From contig CAYSTC010000009.1 in NCBI GenBank assembly GCA_964433885.1, positions 55,294 to 119,293 on the forward strand: DNA of 64,000 nucleotides, written 5' to 3'. Position 1 is the stretch's first letter. Each line of letters starts with the position of its first letter. The position numbers and the translations under genes were made by a program. The DNA comes from an uncultured Paludibacter sp. Lineage in GTDB: Bacteria; Bacteroidota; Bacteroidia; Bacteroidales; Paludibacteraceae. Below the pieces are notes generated by a model. That model was not told the origin of the DNA. It saw only the letters and a program-made list of their open reading frames with translations, and made no database searches. This document shows positions 18,049-28,392 of this stretch, piece by piece.

Positions 18049-18534
18049 ATGGCTTTGGAAAAAACAAATGCTGCCCGGCTTCTGGATAAGGCCGGAATTA
18101 GTTATCAATTAATATCCTACACGGTAGATGAAACGGATCTGAGTGCCATTCATGTGGCCGAACAACTGAATCAACCGGTTGAAAGGGTTTTCAAAACCTT
18201 GGTGCTAAAAGGCGACAAAATCGGTCATTTTGTGTGTATAATTCCCGGAGCTGAGGACCTCGACTTGAAAAAGGCAGCTAAAATATCGGGGAATAAAAAC
18301 TGCGACATGATTCCGATGAAAGACCTGCTGTATATAACCGGATATATTCGTGGAGCCTGTTCTCCGTTGGGAATGAAAAAGCATTTCCCGACTTTTATTC
18401 ATGAGAGTTGCCTCGGCTTTGATACCATTTATGTGAGTGCAGGCAAAAGGGGTTTGCAATTGCATGTCAATCCGGCCGACCTTATTGCCGAAGTAAAAGC
18501 TACCGTTGGATATTTGATTATTTCTCTGCCTTAA
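18049..18534 (+). CDS. ybaK: Cys-tRNA(Pro) deacylase
   Basis: KTNAARLL, VFKTLV, TGYIRGACSPLG, VSAGKRGLQL. Confidence 0.92.
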   Translation: MALEKTNAARLLDKAGISYQLISYTVDETDLSAIHVAEQLNQPVERVFKTLVLKGDKIGHFVCIIPGAEDLDLKKAAKISGNKNCDMIPMKDLLYITGYIRGACSPLGMKKHFPTFIHESCLGFDTIYVSAGKRGLQLHVNPADLIAEVKATVGYLIISLP

Positions 18535-18610
18535 CAAGGATAGGTTCAGAATTTACCGCAGAATTATTTTTATCTTTGCAGAACTACGAAATAAAAAACC
18601 GAATTACCGC

Positions 18611-19504
18611 ATGTTTCCATCCTCTCTGAATCCCGGCGACCAGATTCGCATTGTTTCTCCTTCGGGAGTCATTGATCCGCAGTTTATCGACGGAGCTTCT
18701 AACGTGCTTGCCAAGTGGGGTTTGCAGGTTACCGAAGGTGAGTTTGCCCGAACGGAATACGGCCGTTTTGCCGGAACTGAGGAGCAGCGGATTTTCGATT
18801 TACAACAAGCGCTTGACGACCAGGATGTGAAAGCGATTTTATGCAGTCGTGGAGGCTATGGCTTGGCCCAAATTGTAGATAAACTGGATTACGCAGCTTT
18901 TCAGAAATCGCAGAAATGGATGGTTGGTTTCAGCGATATCACTATTTTGCACAATGTTATTACAAATCTGGGTATAGCTTCTGTTCATGGTATTATGGCT
19001 AAGCATCTTAGTGAATTGCCCGCTGATTCGGATCAGTCAAAAGGATTGAAAGATATATTATTTGGCAAACTTCCACACTATGAAATCGCCAGCGAGTCTC
19101 TCAATCGTACAGGAGTGGCTCATGGAAAACTGATCGGTGGAAATTTATCGGTATTAATGGGCTTGCGTGGAAGCCGGTTCGATTTGCCGTATGAGAACAA
19201 TATCCTGTTTATCGAAGACATTGCCGAAAAACCGTACCATATCGACCGGATGATGCAAAACCTGCGGTTTAGCGGAATGCTGTCACGACTTTCGGGGTTG
19301 GTGGTCGGTCAATTCAGCGATTGTGAAGAGGATCCTCTGATGAAGCAAACCATTGCGGAAATTATACGAAACGCTGTGAATGATTATGCTTATCCGGTTT
19401 GTTTTAATTTTCCGTCAGGTCATGTGGATTACAATTTGCCATTGATTCTGGGTGCAGATGTATGCCTCAATGTGGACTCAAATTCATCGGTATTAACTTT
19501 TTGA
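18611..19504 (+). CDS. ldcA: LD-carboxypeptidase (peptidase S66)
   Basis: VSPSG, RGGYG, GFSDIT, GGNLS, FIEDI, PSGH triad motifs. Confidence 0.88.
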   Translation: MFPSSLNPGDQIRIVSPSGVIDPQFIDGASNVLAKWGLQVTEGEFARTEYGRFAGTEEQRIFDLQQALDDQDVKAILCSRGGYGLAQIVDKLDYAAFQKSQKWMVGFSDITILHNVITNLGIASVHGIMAKHLSELPADSDQSKGLKDILFGKLPHYEIASESLNRTGVAHGKLIGGNLSVLMGLRGSRFDLPYENNILFIEDIAEKPYHIDRMMQNLRFSGMLSRLSGLVVGQFSDCEEDPLMKQTIAEIIRNAVNDYAYPVCFNFPSGHVDYNLPLILGADVCLNVDSNSSVLTF

Positions 19505-19611
19505 TGATTTCTGAAAAGAATCTCTTTTTTATTAAAAAGGGAAAATTGACTCGGGTTTTTTGCCTGAAAAAACTATCTTTGCAAATATAGTAACTTTCAG
19601 CCCCTTCTCTT

Positions 19612-22299
19612 ATGCCATTGCAAAGACCCATTATTTTATTCTTCGGATTTATATTTTCTACACTGTTTTCGGTTGCGAATGCTATAGGCGCAGCTGTAAC
19701 TGACACTATATCTGCAACTTCACGTATCGATTATTTGTCGACAGGCTCTGTGTCGATTACTGATTCGATAATTAATTACGGAAAGCAATTTTTGAATCGC
19801 CCTTATCGCTATGGATCCGGAGGTGCCGATACGTTCGATTGTTCGGGATTTACATCTTTTGTGTACCGTAACTTTGGTTATAAACTTGAACATTCTTCAG
19901 CCGAACAGGCGCAACAATTCGACACCGTTAAGCGAACTCATCTTAAAACAGGTGATTTGGTCTTTTTTGCAGGTAGCCGAAGAAGTAAAAGAGTAGGGCA
20001 TGTAGGTATTGTTACTACAGCAAGCGAAGATGGAAAATTTAATTTTATTCATGCTTCGTGCGATAAAGGGGTCACTATTTCGAGTTCAGAAGAGCCGTAT
20101 TATAGCAGCCGTTACATAAAAGCAAACCGTGTAATTGGTGGAACCCAGCTTTTAGCGGTAGCTCCATCTGTTTCTGAAAGTGCAAATGCCGATATTCAAT
20201 CAGATAATAACGCCCCAGTGACTTATCCGGCCAAAAAAGTAAAGAAAACGATTCCTGCTAAATATCATAAGGTTAAATCAGGAGAGACATTGTCGGAAAT
20301 AGCCGAAAAGTACGGACTTTCGGTGGCTGAATTGAAACGCAAAAATGGACTTAAGGGCAATAAAATTAATTTGAAACAGCAGTTGAAGGTGAAGGATAGT
20401 GAAACTTACACTGTTTTTGAACCGGTAAAAGAGGTGCCCGCGAAAAAAACTGATGCATCGGCAGAACAAGCGGTAGAAAAATCTAAAGCGGAAATAGCCT
20501 CTTCTATTGTTTCCCATAAGGTAAAAAGAGGCGAAACGCTGTTTAGCATATCTAAATTATACAACACTCCGGTTGAAGAGTTGAAAAGAATCAATAATAT
20601 TCCAACCGGAAAAATCGTTCCGGGTCAGGAGATAAAAGTGTCTGAAGGTGATGTTCAGCCGACAACTATGGTGACGCAGAACGAGCAGCAACCTAAAGTA
20701 TCTACTCATAAGGTTTCTTCCGGCGAATCATTGTTCAGCATAGCCAAAATGTACAACCTTTCGGTTGCTGAATTGAAAAAAATGAATGAAATGACCGGCA
20801 ATGCTTTGCATGTTGGTCAGGTTCTGAAGGTTAACGTTCCGGAAGAAAAAAATATTGCTGATAATCTACAGCCTGCAAAACCTGTTCAGGTTAAACCAGA
20901 AACAAAATCAACTCCGAAAACAGAGCAACCTGTTGTAAAAACGGATTTGGCGCAAAGAGCAGAACCAAAGCCTGAGCCAGAACAATCGGAACCCGAAGAT
21001 GTAAAAACCGAAGTTGTTACAAAGACCGGATCTCCTGTTAAAATCATTAAGCACAAAGTTCATGCTGGTGAAAGTCTGGTTACTATAGCTCGTGATTTTA
21101 AAGTGTCTTTGGATGAGTTGAAGAGAATTAATAATCTCGAATCGACAAAGCTGAATGTTGGTCAGGAAGTATTTATTTGCCTGAATACGGAGGCTGTGGT
21201 AATAAATCCGGTTGCAACTGCTGCTTCGAAACCAATTGTGGAAGAACAGCCTGTGGAAAAAGCAACCATAAATCCTGCTAAGAATGCCGTTGCTTCCCGT
21301 GCAGATGTGGTTTCGAAATCGGAACAGAAACAAAAGACACAGAAAAAAGCAGAACAAAAGCCGCTTTCATATAAAGTTAGAAAGGGAGATAACCTGAATA
21401 CGATTGCCAAAGAATTTGATATTTCCGTGGATGATTTGAAAAAGATGAATAATCTCACGAGCAATAAAATCAGTGTTGGTCAGGAGCTGAAATTTGTGCA
21501 GCCCGATGCCGGGGTAAGTTCGAAAGAGGAGGCAAAAAAGATTGAAATGCCCGCAAAAGCAGTTATTCACAAAGTACGTAAAGGTGAAAATCTGGGCACT
21601 ATTGCCAAAGATTTCAATGTCTCTGTTGAGGATTTGAAAAAGATGAATAATCTCACGAGCAATAAAATCAGTGTTGGTCAGGAGCTGAAATTTGTGCAGC
21701 CCGATGCCGGGGTAAGTTCGAAAGAGGAGGCAAAAAAGATTGAAATGCCCGCAAAAGCAGTTATTCACAAAGTACGTAAAGGTGAAAATCTGGGCACTAT
21801 TGCCAAAGATTTCAATGTCTCTGTTGAGGATTTGAAAAAGATGAATAACCTCACGAGCAATAAAATCAGTGTTGGTCAGGAATTGAAGCTTGAACAGGAT
21901 GTTGCTGAGGTAAGTTCGAAAGAGGAGGCAAAAAAGATTGAAATGCCGGCTAAAGCCGTTACTCATAAAGTGCGTAAAGGTGAAAATCTGGCAACAATTG
22001 CCGAAAAATTCAATATGACTGTTGACGAACTGAAAGAATTGAATGGCCTGACAAGCAATAAAATCAATTACGGGCAACAGCTTGTTGTAAGCCAATTGTC
22101 AACAGCTGAAGTGAAAAAGGCGCCAGTAAAGGCGGAAACAAAACAAAGAACAATAAAGCATAAAGTAAAATCAGGCGATTCATATTATTCTATCGCTCAA
22201 AAATACGACTGTAGTGTAAACGACCTGAAAGAATGGAACGGAAAGTCCGGAACTAAAATTAAGCCCGGAGACATAATAATCATTAAAGCTAAGAAGTAA
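19612..22299 (+). CDS. NlpC/P60 peptidoglycan endopeptidase with nine LysM domains
   Basis: PYRYG, FDCSG, GDLVFF, GHVGI, FIHAS catalytic domain, then nine [HY]KV..G[ED].[LY]..IA/S LysM starts. Confidence 0.9.
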   Translation: MPLQRPIILFFGFIFSTLFSVANAIGAAVTDTISATSRIDYLSTGSVSITDSIINYGKQFLNRPYRYGSGGADTFDCSGFTSFVYRNFGYKLEHSSAEQAQQFDTVKRTHLKTGDLVFFAGSRRSKRVGHVGIVTTASEDGKFNFIHASCDKGVTISSSEEPYYSSRYIKANRVIGGTQLLAVAPSVSESANADIQSDNNAPVTYPAKKVKKTIPAKYHKVKSGETLSEIAEKYGLSVAELKRKNGLKGNKINLKQQLKVKDSETYTVFEPVKEVPAKKTDASAEQAVEKSKAEIASSIVSHKVKRGETLFSISKLYNTPVEELKRINNIPTGKIVPGQEIKVSEGDVQPTTMVTQNEQQPKVSTHKVSSGESLFSIAKMYNLSVAELKKMNEMTGNALHVGQVLKVNVPEEKNIADNLQPAKPVQVKPETKSTPKTEQPVVKTDLAQRAEPKPEPEQSEPEDVKTEVVTKTGSPVKIIKHKVHAGESLVTIARDFKVSLDELKRINNLESTKLNVGQEVFICLNTEAVVINPVATAASKPIVEEQPVEKATINPAKNAVASRADVVSKSEQKQKTQKKAEQKPLSYKVRKGDNLNTIAKEFDISVDDLKKMNNLTSNKISVGQELKFVQPDAGVSSKEEAKKIEMPAKAVIHKVRKGENLGTIAKDFNVSVEDLKKMNNLTSNKISVGQELKFVQPDAGVSSKEEAKKIEMPAKAVIHKVRKGENLGTIAKDFNVSVEDLKKMNNLTSNKISVGQELKLEQDVAEVSSKEEAKKIEMPAKAVTHKVRKGENLATIAEKFNMTVDELKELNGLTSNKINYGQQLVVSQLSTAEVKKAPVKAETKQRTIKHKVKSGDSYYSIAQKYDCSVNDLKEWNGKSGTKIKPGDIIIIKAKK
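21433..21848 (+). repeat. Exact 198-bp tandem duplication (66-aa LysM + linker unit)
   Basis: Units start at 21433, 21631 and 21829. The first two read as identical; the third diverges after about 20 bp. Confidence 0.9.
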
Positions 22300-22311
22300 T
22301 AATCGTATGCT

Positions 22312-23034
22312 TTAATCAAACAGGCTTTGCAGTACAGCCAGCGAATGCAGCCCGTGAAAGTCTGGTATATGTAATCTGTAGTACTCAATCATGCTTTCGA
22401 GTAATTTGGCCCGTCTGCCCCGGGTAAATTTCAGATTCCCCATATCGGAATAGTTGGCCAGCAATACGCCGTTGAAGTCAACCGATACATCAGGCAATAA
22501 AAAGTGTGAATGTAGCGGTCTCTGTCTCTGAAATACCCCATTCATTAAATCAAAGTAATTAGCTTCATCTTCATCTTTATTGGGCTCGAAGCCCAGATAA
22601 CGCGAAAGTTTAAGCATAAAGACCAAGTGAAAATTGGCAACGCCGGTTTCGCAACAGTCCAATTGCTGTATCGAATTTTCCAGGAACAGGAACAGACTTT
22701 CGTCGGGTTCTGTCTGCCGCAAGACCCGAAACAGCAACTCCGAAATAAATAAAGCCAGCGAATTCTTTACCGGATCAAATGGGATATTGTTGAACTGATA
22801 CTCCATTCGTATGTCTTTTATTTGTTGTATCTCTTTGCCGGGTTTATGAAATACATCCAGTTCCACCAGCGATAATGGTTGTACCATAGCTGCACGGACC
22901 AATGATTTCTTTTTATTTGCACCGTGAATCAGGTATGAAACCCGCCCAAATTGATGCGTATAAATGGTAATAATTGATGACGAATCGGTGTGTTTTGTCG
23001 AATGAAGTACAATTCCGGTGGTTTTTACCTGCAT
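22312..23034 (-). CDS. recO: DNA repair protein RecO
   Basis: TTGIVL....H.D.S.I.TIYT..FGRVSY, QPLSLVEL, LSRYLGF.P. Confidence 0.9.
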   Translation of the reverse strand: MQVKTTGIVLHSTKHTDSSSIITIYTHQFGRVSYLIHGANKKKSLVRAAMVQPLSLVELDVFHKPGKEIQQIKDIRMEYQFNNIPFDPVKNSLALFISELLFRVLRQTEPDESLFLFLENSIQQLDCCETGVANFHLVFMLKLSRYLGFEPNKDEDEANYFDLMNGVFQRQRPLHSHFLLPDVSVDFNGVLLANYSDMGNLKFTRGRRAKLLESMIEYYRLHIPDFHGLHSLAVLQSLFD

Positions 23035-23176
23035 AAAAAGTGTGATAAGAGCACAAATATACGCAATTATTCAGCCTGAAATTGAAAAGCGCAGTGAAAA
23101 TGTTGAGTTGATCAAAAAAATGATGAGTTGATAAATAGCGGTTTACAAGAAAAATGAAATATTTTTATCGAAAGGC

Positions 23177-23207
23177 TTTGTCAATTCAAAAAAGTGCCGT
23201 ATATTTG
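23177..23207 (+). promoter_or_regulatory. Consensus Bacteroidota promoter for tRNA-Glu/rpsT
   Basis: TTTG-N19-TATATTTG. Confidence 0.8.
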
Positions 23208-23259
23208 CACCCGCAATTGAGAGGGACACAATCACAATCGCAAAGCAAATGACCATAAT

Positions 23260-23331
23260 GGTCCCTTCGTCTATCGGTTAGGACGCCAGGTTTTCATCCT
23301 GGAAAGAGGGGTTCGATTCCCCTAGGGACTA
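23260..23331 (+). tRNA. tRNA-Glu (TTC), CCA not encoded
   Basis: Acceptor GGTCCCT/AGGGACT, anticodon arm CCAGG-TTTTCAT-CCTGG, T loop GGTTCGATTCC. Confidence 0.96.
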
Positions 23332-23370
23332 CTAAATAAGAAAATTACCGATTAAAAAAATAAGATTGAG

Positions 23371-23625
23371 ATGGCAAATCATAAATCATCAATTAAAAGA
23401 ATACGTCAAACCGACAAGAAAAAATTGCACAACCGTTATTATGCAAAAACAGCTCGTAACGCTGTTCGCAAATTGCGCGGAACTGCTGATAAAACTGTAG
23501 CTACAGAAATGTTGCCAAAAATCAGTGCAATGCTTGACAAGCTGGCTAAACGTAATATCATTCACAAAAACAAAGCAAGCAACTTGAAATCTAAGTTGGC
23601 TGTTTACGTGAACAAGTTAGCATAA
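23371..23625 (+). CDS. rpsT: 30S ribosomal protein S20
   Basis: [13 protein letters not shown]...[22 protein letters not shown]. Confidence 0.97.
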   Translation: MANHKSSIKRIRQTDKKKLHNRYYAKTARNAVRKLRGTADKTVATEMLPKISAMLDKLAKRNIIHKNKASNLKSKLAVYVNKLA

Positions 23626-23646
23626 TAGCTTCTTATAAATATACAG

Positions 23647-23678
23647 AAGCCCTTTTCCAATTGGAAAAGGGCTTTTTT
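23647..23678 (+). terminator. Intrinsic terminator after rpsT
   Basis: AAGCCCTTTTCCA-AT-TGGAAAAGGGCTT followed by Ts. Confidence 0.85.
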
Positions 23679-23703
23679 GTCATCTGCTTGTCCGTTTGGA
23701 TAT

Positions 23704-23737
23704 AAAAAAGACCGCTTCTTTCGTGGAAAGCGGTCTT
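23704..23737 (-). terminator. Intrinsic terminator after fbaA
   Basis: AAGACCGCTT..AAGCGGTCTT stem preceded by an A run on the + strand. Confidence 0.75.
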
Positions 23738-23769
23738 AAATGTTCGAATAAATTTCTTATGCGGATATC

Positions 23770-24849
23770 TTACAAGCTGTTTATAGCATTCAAATCTTCA
23801 AAGGCAACCTGCAGGCGGGCGATCAGTGATTCTTCGCCTTGACGAAGCCAAACGCGAGGGTCGTAGAATTTTTTGTTTGGTTTTTCAGGCCCTTCCGGAT
23901 TTCCGATCTGTCCCTGAAGATAGTCATGATTTTTAGCTTCAAAATTGCGTATGCCATCCCAATATGCCCACTGGGTATCGGTATCGATATTCATTTTTAC
24001 CACGCCATAGCTTATAGCTTCACGGATTTCTTCGTGTGTGGAGCCTGAGCCGCCGTGGAACACGAAACTCACCGGGTGATCGACTGATAAGCCATCTTTG
24101 GCTTTAATGTAATCCTGCGAATTTTTTAGAATTACAGGCATAAGTTTTACGTTGCCGGGTTTGTAAACGCCGTGAACGTTTCCAAATGAAGCTGCAATTG
24201 TGAAATTCGGGGATACAGAACTCAGTTCCTTGTATGCATAATATACATCCTCGGGCTGGGTGTAAAGCAAGCTGTTGTCCACACCACTGTTGTCCACGCC
24301 ATCCTCTTCGCCACCTGTGATTCCGAGTTCAATTTCAAGCGTCATGCCCATTTTGCTCATACGGGCCAGATATTTTTTACTGATTTCGATGTTTTCTTCG
24401 AGCGGTTCTTCCGAAAGGTCGAGCATGTGCGAACTGAAAAGTGGTTTTCCTGTTTCGGCAAAGTGCTTTTCACTGGCATCCAGAAGTCCGTCAATCCAGG
24501 GAAGTAGTTTTTTTGCTGCATGGTCGGTGTGGAGAATGACGTGCACGCCATAGGCTTCGGCTAGTGTGTGGATGTGCTTAGCTCCGGCAATAGCTCCTAA
24601 TATAGCAGCTTGTTGACCCTCCAGTTTTAATCCTTTGCCTGCATTGAATGCGGCTCCGCCATTTGAGAACTGGATCATTACTGGTGAGTTGGCTTTTTTT
24701 GCGGACTCCATTACCGCATTCACCGTTGATGAACCAACCACATTTACTGCAGGAATAGCAAAGCCGTTTTCTTTGGCTACCTTAAATACAAATTGAAGAT
24801 CAGCTCCGGTTACAACACCCGGTTTAACTGCATCTGAAATTTTACCCAT
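23770..24849 (-). CDS. fbaA: Fructose-bisphosphate aldolase class II, E. coli FbaA/yeast-like subtype
   Basis: HTDHAAKKLLPWIDG, LFSSHMLDLSEE, GGEEDG, FGNVHGVYKPG, FHGGSGS, PNKKFYDPR. Confidence 0.95.
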   Translation of the reverse strand: MGKISDAVKPGVVTGADLQFVFKVAKENGFAIPAVNVVGSSTVNAVMESAKKANSPVMIQFSNGGAAFNAGKGLKLEGQQAAILGAIAGAKHIHTLAEAYGVHVILHTDHAAKKLLPWIDGLLDASEKHFAETGKPLFSSHMLDLSEEPLEENIEISKKYLARMSKMGMTLEIELGITGGEEDGVDNSGVDNSLLYTQPEDVYYAYKELSSVSPNFTIAASFGNVHGVYKPGNVKLMPVILKNSQDYIKAKDGLSVDHPVSFVFHGGSGSTHEEIREAISYGVVKMNIDTDTQWAYWDGIRNFEAKNHDYLQGQIGNPEGPEKPNKKFYDPRVWLRQGEESLIARLQVAFEDLNAINSL

Positions 24850-24961
24850 AATTTTATGATTAAATTGTTTTAAAATAATTGCAATGAATATACTAAAACA
24901 AATATGGGTGAAAAAAGTTGGGGTCGGAATGATTTATGTCACGTAAAATATTAGCGGATTG

Positions 24962-25744
24962 TTACGATAGCTCTTCCGAGAGGAAATGCTCCAGCTGCTC
25001 CGGTTTTACGTTGACGGTGAGTTGGCCGTTGACAGCCCATGAGATGTGGCCGGTTTCTTCCGAAACAATAATGGCAATAGCGTCAGTATGTTCAGTTATG
25101 CCCAAGGCGGCCCGGTGTCGCAGCCCCATACGTTTGGGGATTGCCTGGTTTTTCGAAACAGGTAGAATGCAGGCTGCTGCTTTCAGTCTGCGTTGCGAGA
25201 TAATCAGAGCTCCATCGTGTAAAGGGCTGTTTTTAAAGAATATACTCTCAAGGAGCCTGGAGTTGATGTTGGCATTGATTTGTTCGCCCGACTGAGAGTA
25301 AAAATCAAGGTTGTTGGTGCGGGTCAATACTATGAGTGCCCCTGTTGAGTTTTTTGCAAGGCCTCTGCAGGCCAGTACAATTTGAACCAAATCGTAATCG
25401 GTTTGCTCTTTCTGGGTGGAATTATTTCCGAAAAAACGTTTAAGAGCTCCAAAGGTACTCCAGTTTCTGCGTGTTCCTATGCGGTAGAAAAAGCGCCTGA
25501 TTTCATCCTGAAAGAGCACAATAAGGGCGAAAGCTCCCACGCTTACTACCCGGTCGAAAATACCACCGAGCAATTCCATTCTGAATACATAAGTAACCAG
25601 GAACCAGCATATTATGAATGCAAGAATGCCGATAAAAATGTTTACTGCACCGGTTTTCCTGAGTAGTTTGAATGTTTGGTAAAGCAGTATAGCTACCAAA
25701 AAAACATCAATTATATCTTTAAATCCTATCTGAAATCCTCCCAT
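24962..25744 (-). CDS. cdaA: Diadenylate cyclase CdaA/DacA
   Basis: Three N-terminal TMs, FQDEIRR, PLHDGA, GLRHRAA, VSEETG. Confidence 0.93.
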   Translation of the reverse strand: MGGFQIGFKDIIDVFLVAILLYQTFKLLRKTGAVNIFIGILAFIICWFLVTYVFRMELLGGIFDRVVSVGAFALIVLFQDEIRRFFYRIGTRRNWSTFGALKRFFGNNSTQKEQTDYDLVQIVLACRGLAKNSTGALIVLTRTNNLDFYSQSGEQINANINSRLLESIFFKNSPLHDGALIISQRRLKAAACILPVSKNQAIPKRMGLRHRAALGITEHTDAIAIIVSEETGHISWAVNGQLTVNVKPEQLEHFLSEELS

Positions 25745-25765
25745 ACAATTAAAGTTACAATTTTA

Positions 25766-26608
25766 TCATTGACTACATTGCTGAAAAATCGAAATTGCTT
25801 CTTTTGCTTCTTTTACATCGTGTACCCGCAAAATGGATGCTCCACCTGCAAGGGCGAGCATATTCGCGGCTGTAGTGGCGTTAAGTGCTCCCGAAGCGTC
25901 TGTGCCGAGTAGTGTATATAACATCGATTTACGTGATAGTCCGGCCAAAACAGGGACGTTTAATTCCTGAAAATAAGAAATTTTGCTGAGTAATTGGAAG
26001 TTTTGTTCCAGAGTTTTGGCAAATCCGAACCCGGGATCAATAACAACATCATTTACCCCCAGCAGGTGGAGCCTGGCAACTCTTTTTTCTAGAAAATACA
26101 TCACATCGGAGACAACGTCTTCGTATTGGGTGTTCGATTGCATAATTTGAGGTGTTCCCCTGGTGTGCATAAGTACATAGGCTATTTGCAGGTCGGCAAT
26201 AGTTTCGAACATTAAATCGTCGAGTGTGCCTCCTCCGATGTCGTTTATCATTGCTATTCCGAAGTTGCTTACAACGTGACGGGCAACTCCCGACCGAAAT
26301 GTATCAACTGATATAATAGTTTCCGGGAATTTTTTGAGTATTATTTCCAATGCGCCGGACACCCGCTCAATTTCTTCATCCTGTGTAACCGCATCGGCAG
26401 ATGGGCGGGTAGAATATCCTCCAATATCAACGATTGTCCCCCCTTCAGATAAAATTTTCTCCACGCAATTCAAAATTCCCTTATCGCTTGTAAATCTGTT
26501 TCCTTTGAAAAAAGAATCAGGGGTTGCGTTTACGATTCCCATTACGATAGGAGTCGATAAGTCGATTAATTTGTTGTTTAGCTTGATTTGTAAATTGCTG
26601 GCATTCAT
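25766..26608 (-). CDS. folP: Dihydropteroate synthase
   Basis: MGIVNATPDSF, DIGGYSTRP, IDPGFGFAK, SRKS, RVHDV. Confidence 0.96.
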   Translation of the reverse strand: MNASNLQIKLNNKLIDLSTPIVMGIVNATPDSFFKGNRFTSDKGILNCVEKILSEGGTIVDIGGYSTRPSADAVTQDEEIERVSGALEIILKKFPETIISVDTFRSGVARHVVSNFGIAMINDIGGGTLDDLMFETIADLQIAYVLMHTRGTPQIMQSNTQYEDVVSDVMYFLEKRVARLHLLGVNDVVIDPGFGFAKTLEQNFQLLSKISYFQELNVPVLAGLSRKSMLYTLLGTDASGALNATTAANMLALAGGASILRVHDVKEAKEAISIFQQCSQ

Positions 26609-26869
26609 ATTTCAATATATAATCGGAAATGTAGATTATTTATCCACTCACAAAAGTAAGAAAATATAGTGAGTGAGCTGTATTTATCCTAAAAAATAGA
26701 AAATATTAATTGTGAATATACGTTTTTAGAGCAAAATGAGTTATTATGATATAAGTTTTGGCCTTAAAATCTAAAAATTTAATTTGCATTGGCTTTTTAC
26801 TGGAAAAAAACACTATTTTTGCAAAGTTGTTTTCGAAACAATGTTCACCGATTAATTTACCATACTCTT

Positions 26870-28372
26870 ATGAAATTAAAAAACATAGCTAATTTAGCAT
26901 CAGTTTGCTTGGTTTTGGCTTTAACAGGCTGTGCAAACAAGTCGGCTGACGAAAGTTATTCCCGCGTGACCGGGTGGGCTTACAATGATAAAACGGGAAC
27001 CGGATTTGCTGTGAAAAGAAATTACGTTTCTGAAGCCCCAAGTGGAATGGTTGCAATTGAAGGAGGGTCGTTTACTATTGGAGAAAAAGGCGAGTTTATC
27101 ACTGCTCCACGCGACAACAGACCACGTAGGATTACTGTTAGCTCATTTTATATGGATGAGTACGAAATACGGAATGTGGACTGGCGCGAATATACCAACT
27201 GGATGAAGGTCGTTTTTGGCAAAACAGCTCCCAAACTGGTAGCTAAGACTCAGCCCGATTTTAAGGTTTGGAGAGAAGAACTGGCTTATAATGAACCATA
27301 TCTCGAAAATTATTTTACGCATCCTGCTTTCGATCAATATCCGGTGGTGGGTGTTACCTGGCAGCAGGCAATGGATTATTGTACATGGCGTACCGACCGT
27401 GTAAACGAATTGGCATTGGTGGATGCCGGAATTATCCTTCCTCCAGATTTTACAAAGTTGGAAAAACAGACAAACCACGACTCAATTGCCAATACGTTTG
27501 TATTCAATACTCAGAAATATCTTACTCAATCGGGTTATCAGCCAGCTGAGGGTAAAACTCCTAAAAAAGATTTATATGGTAAAAACCGGAAAGTTGACAT
27601 GTCGGATGGAATTTTATTCTCTGAATATCGCTTACCCACTGAAGCCGAATGGGAGTTTGCAGCATATGCCATAAGAGCAGGTAAAGATGGAATAATACCC
27701 GAAGGTAAAATTTATCCATGGTCTGGTGCCCAGGTACGCAATCCAACCAAGAAGCAACTGGGTCAGATGCAGGCCAACTTTGTTCGCGGCCGTGGTGATA
27801 TGATGGGAACATCGGGTAGACTGAACGATAAAGCGACTATCACTGCTCCGGTTAACTGGTACTTCCCTAATGATTTCGGGTTGTATAATATGGCCGGAAA
27901 CGTAAACGAGTGGGTATTGGATGTTTATCGGTCTACAACTTACGACGATGTTGCTGAATATAACTCATTCAGGGGAAACAGATACCTTACGCCAGTTGTT
28001 TCGAGTGTAGATGAAGTTGGCAATAAAATATTTAAAATTGATTCGCTCGGTAGAGTTGCAACAGAAGTGGCTAAGGATGATGATGTGCGTAACTTCAAAG
28101 ATGGTGATGCAATTTCGCAGCTTGATTTTCAGTTGGCAGATTCTGTTGGGTATGCAAACCTGACTAAAAATAAGAAAATTGACCCTACCGATATTTTACG
28201 TCCTAAAATCGACGAAAATACGCGGGTTTATAAAGGGGGTTCGTGGAAAGACAGAATCTATTGGCTGAATCCTTCAACCCGCCGTTATTTGGACCAAAAT
28301 AAATCTACAAATGACATTGGCTTCCGCTGTGCCATGAGTATGATCGGGAATATTGAAAATTCAAAGAAATAA
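26870..28372 (+). CDS. gldJ: GldJ-type gliding-motility/T9SS lipoprotein (FGE-sulfatase domain)
   Basis: Lipobox LALTGC, SRVTGWAYND, YFTHPAF..YPVVGVTW.QA..YC.WRTDRVNE, RLPTEAEWE, NDFGLYNMAGNVNEW, GGSW, IGFRCAM. GldJ is favoured over GldK from the N-terminus. Confidence 0.72.
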   Translation: MKLKNIANLASVCLVLALTGCANKSADESYSRVTGWAYNDKTGTGFAVKRNYVSEAPSGMVAIEGGSFTIGEKGEFITAPRDNRPRRITVSSFYMDEYEIRNVDWREYTNWMKVVFGKTAPKLVAKTQPDFKVWREELAYNEPYLENYFTHPAFDQYPVVGVTWQQAMDYCTWRTDRVNELALVDAGIILPPDFTKLEKQTNHDSIANTFVFNTQKYLTQSGYQPAEGKTPKKDLYGKNRKVDMSDGILFSEYRLPTEAEWEFAAYAIRAGKDGIIPEGKIYPWSGAQVRNPTKKQLGQMQANFVRGRGDMMGTSGRLNDKATITAPVNWYFPNDFGLYNMAGNVNEWVLDVYRSTTYDDVAEYNSFRGNRYLTPVVSSVDEVGNKIFKIDSLGRVATEVAKDDDVRNFKDGDAISQLDFQLADSVGYANLTKNKKIDPTDILRPKIDENTRVYKGGSWKDRIYWLNPSTRRYLDQNKSTNDIGFRCAMSMIGNIENSKK

Positions 28373-28392
28373 CGAATTGACAAATATTTATT

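Noticed and set aside
21433..22090. 198-bp repeats as a CRISPR array or DGR TR/VR
   Set aside because: They are in-frame LysM coding units without spacers, and the differences are not adenine-specific.
23100..23132. ATGNTGAGTTGAT direct repeat with 20-bp period upstream of the tRNA promoter
   Set aside because: Only two short copies and no candidate regulator; not enough support.
23260..23331. tRNA-Glu as an island integration site
   Set aside because: It is followed directly by rpsT, with no duplicated 3' end or integrase seen.
24962..25744. Cyclic-dinucleotide defence signalling
   Set aside because: Ordinary membrane CdaA in the usual folP-cdaA arrangement.
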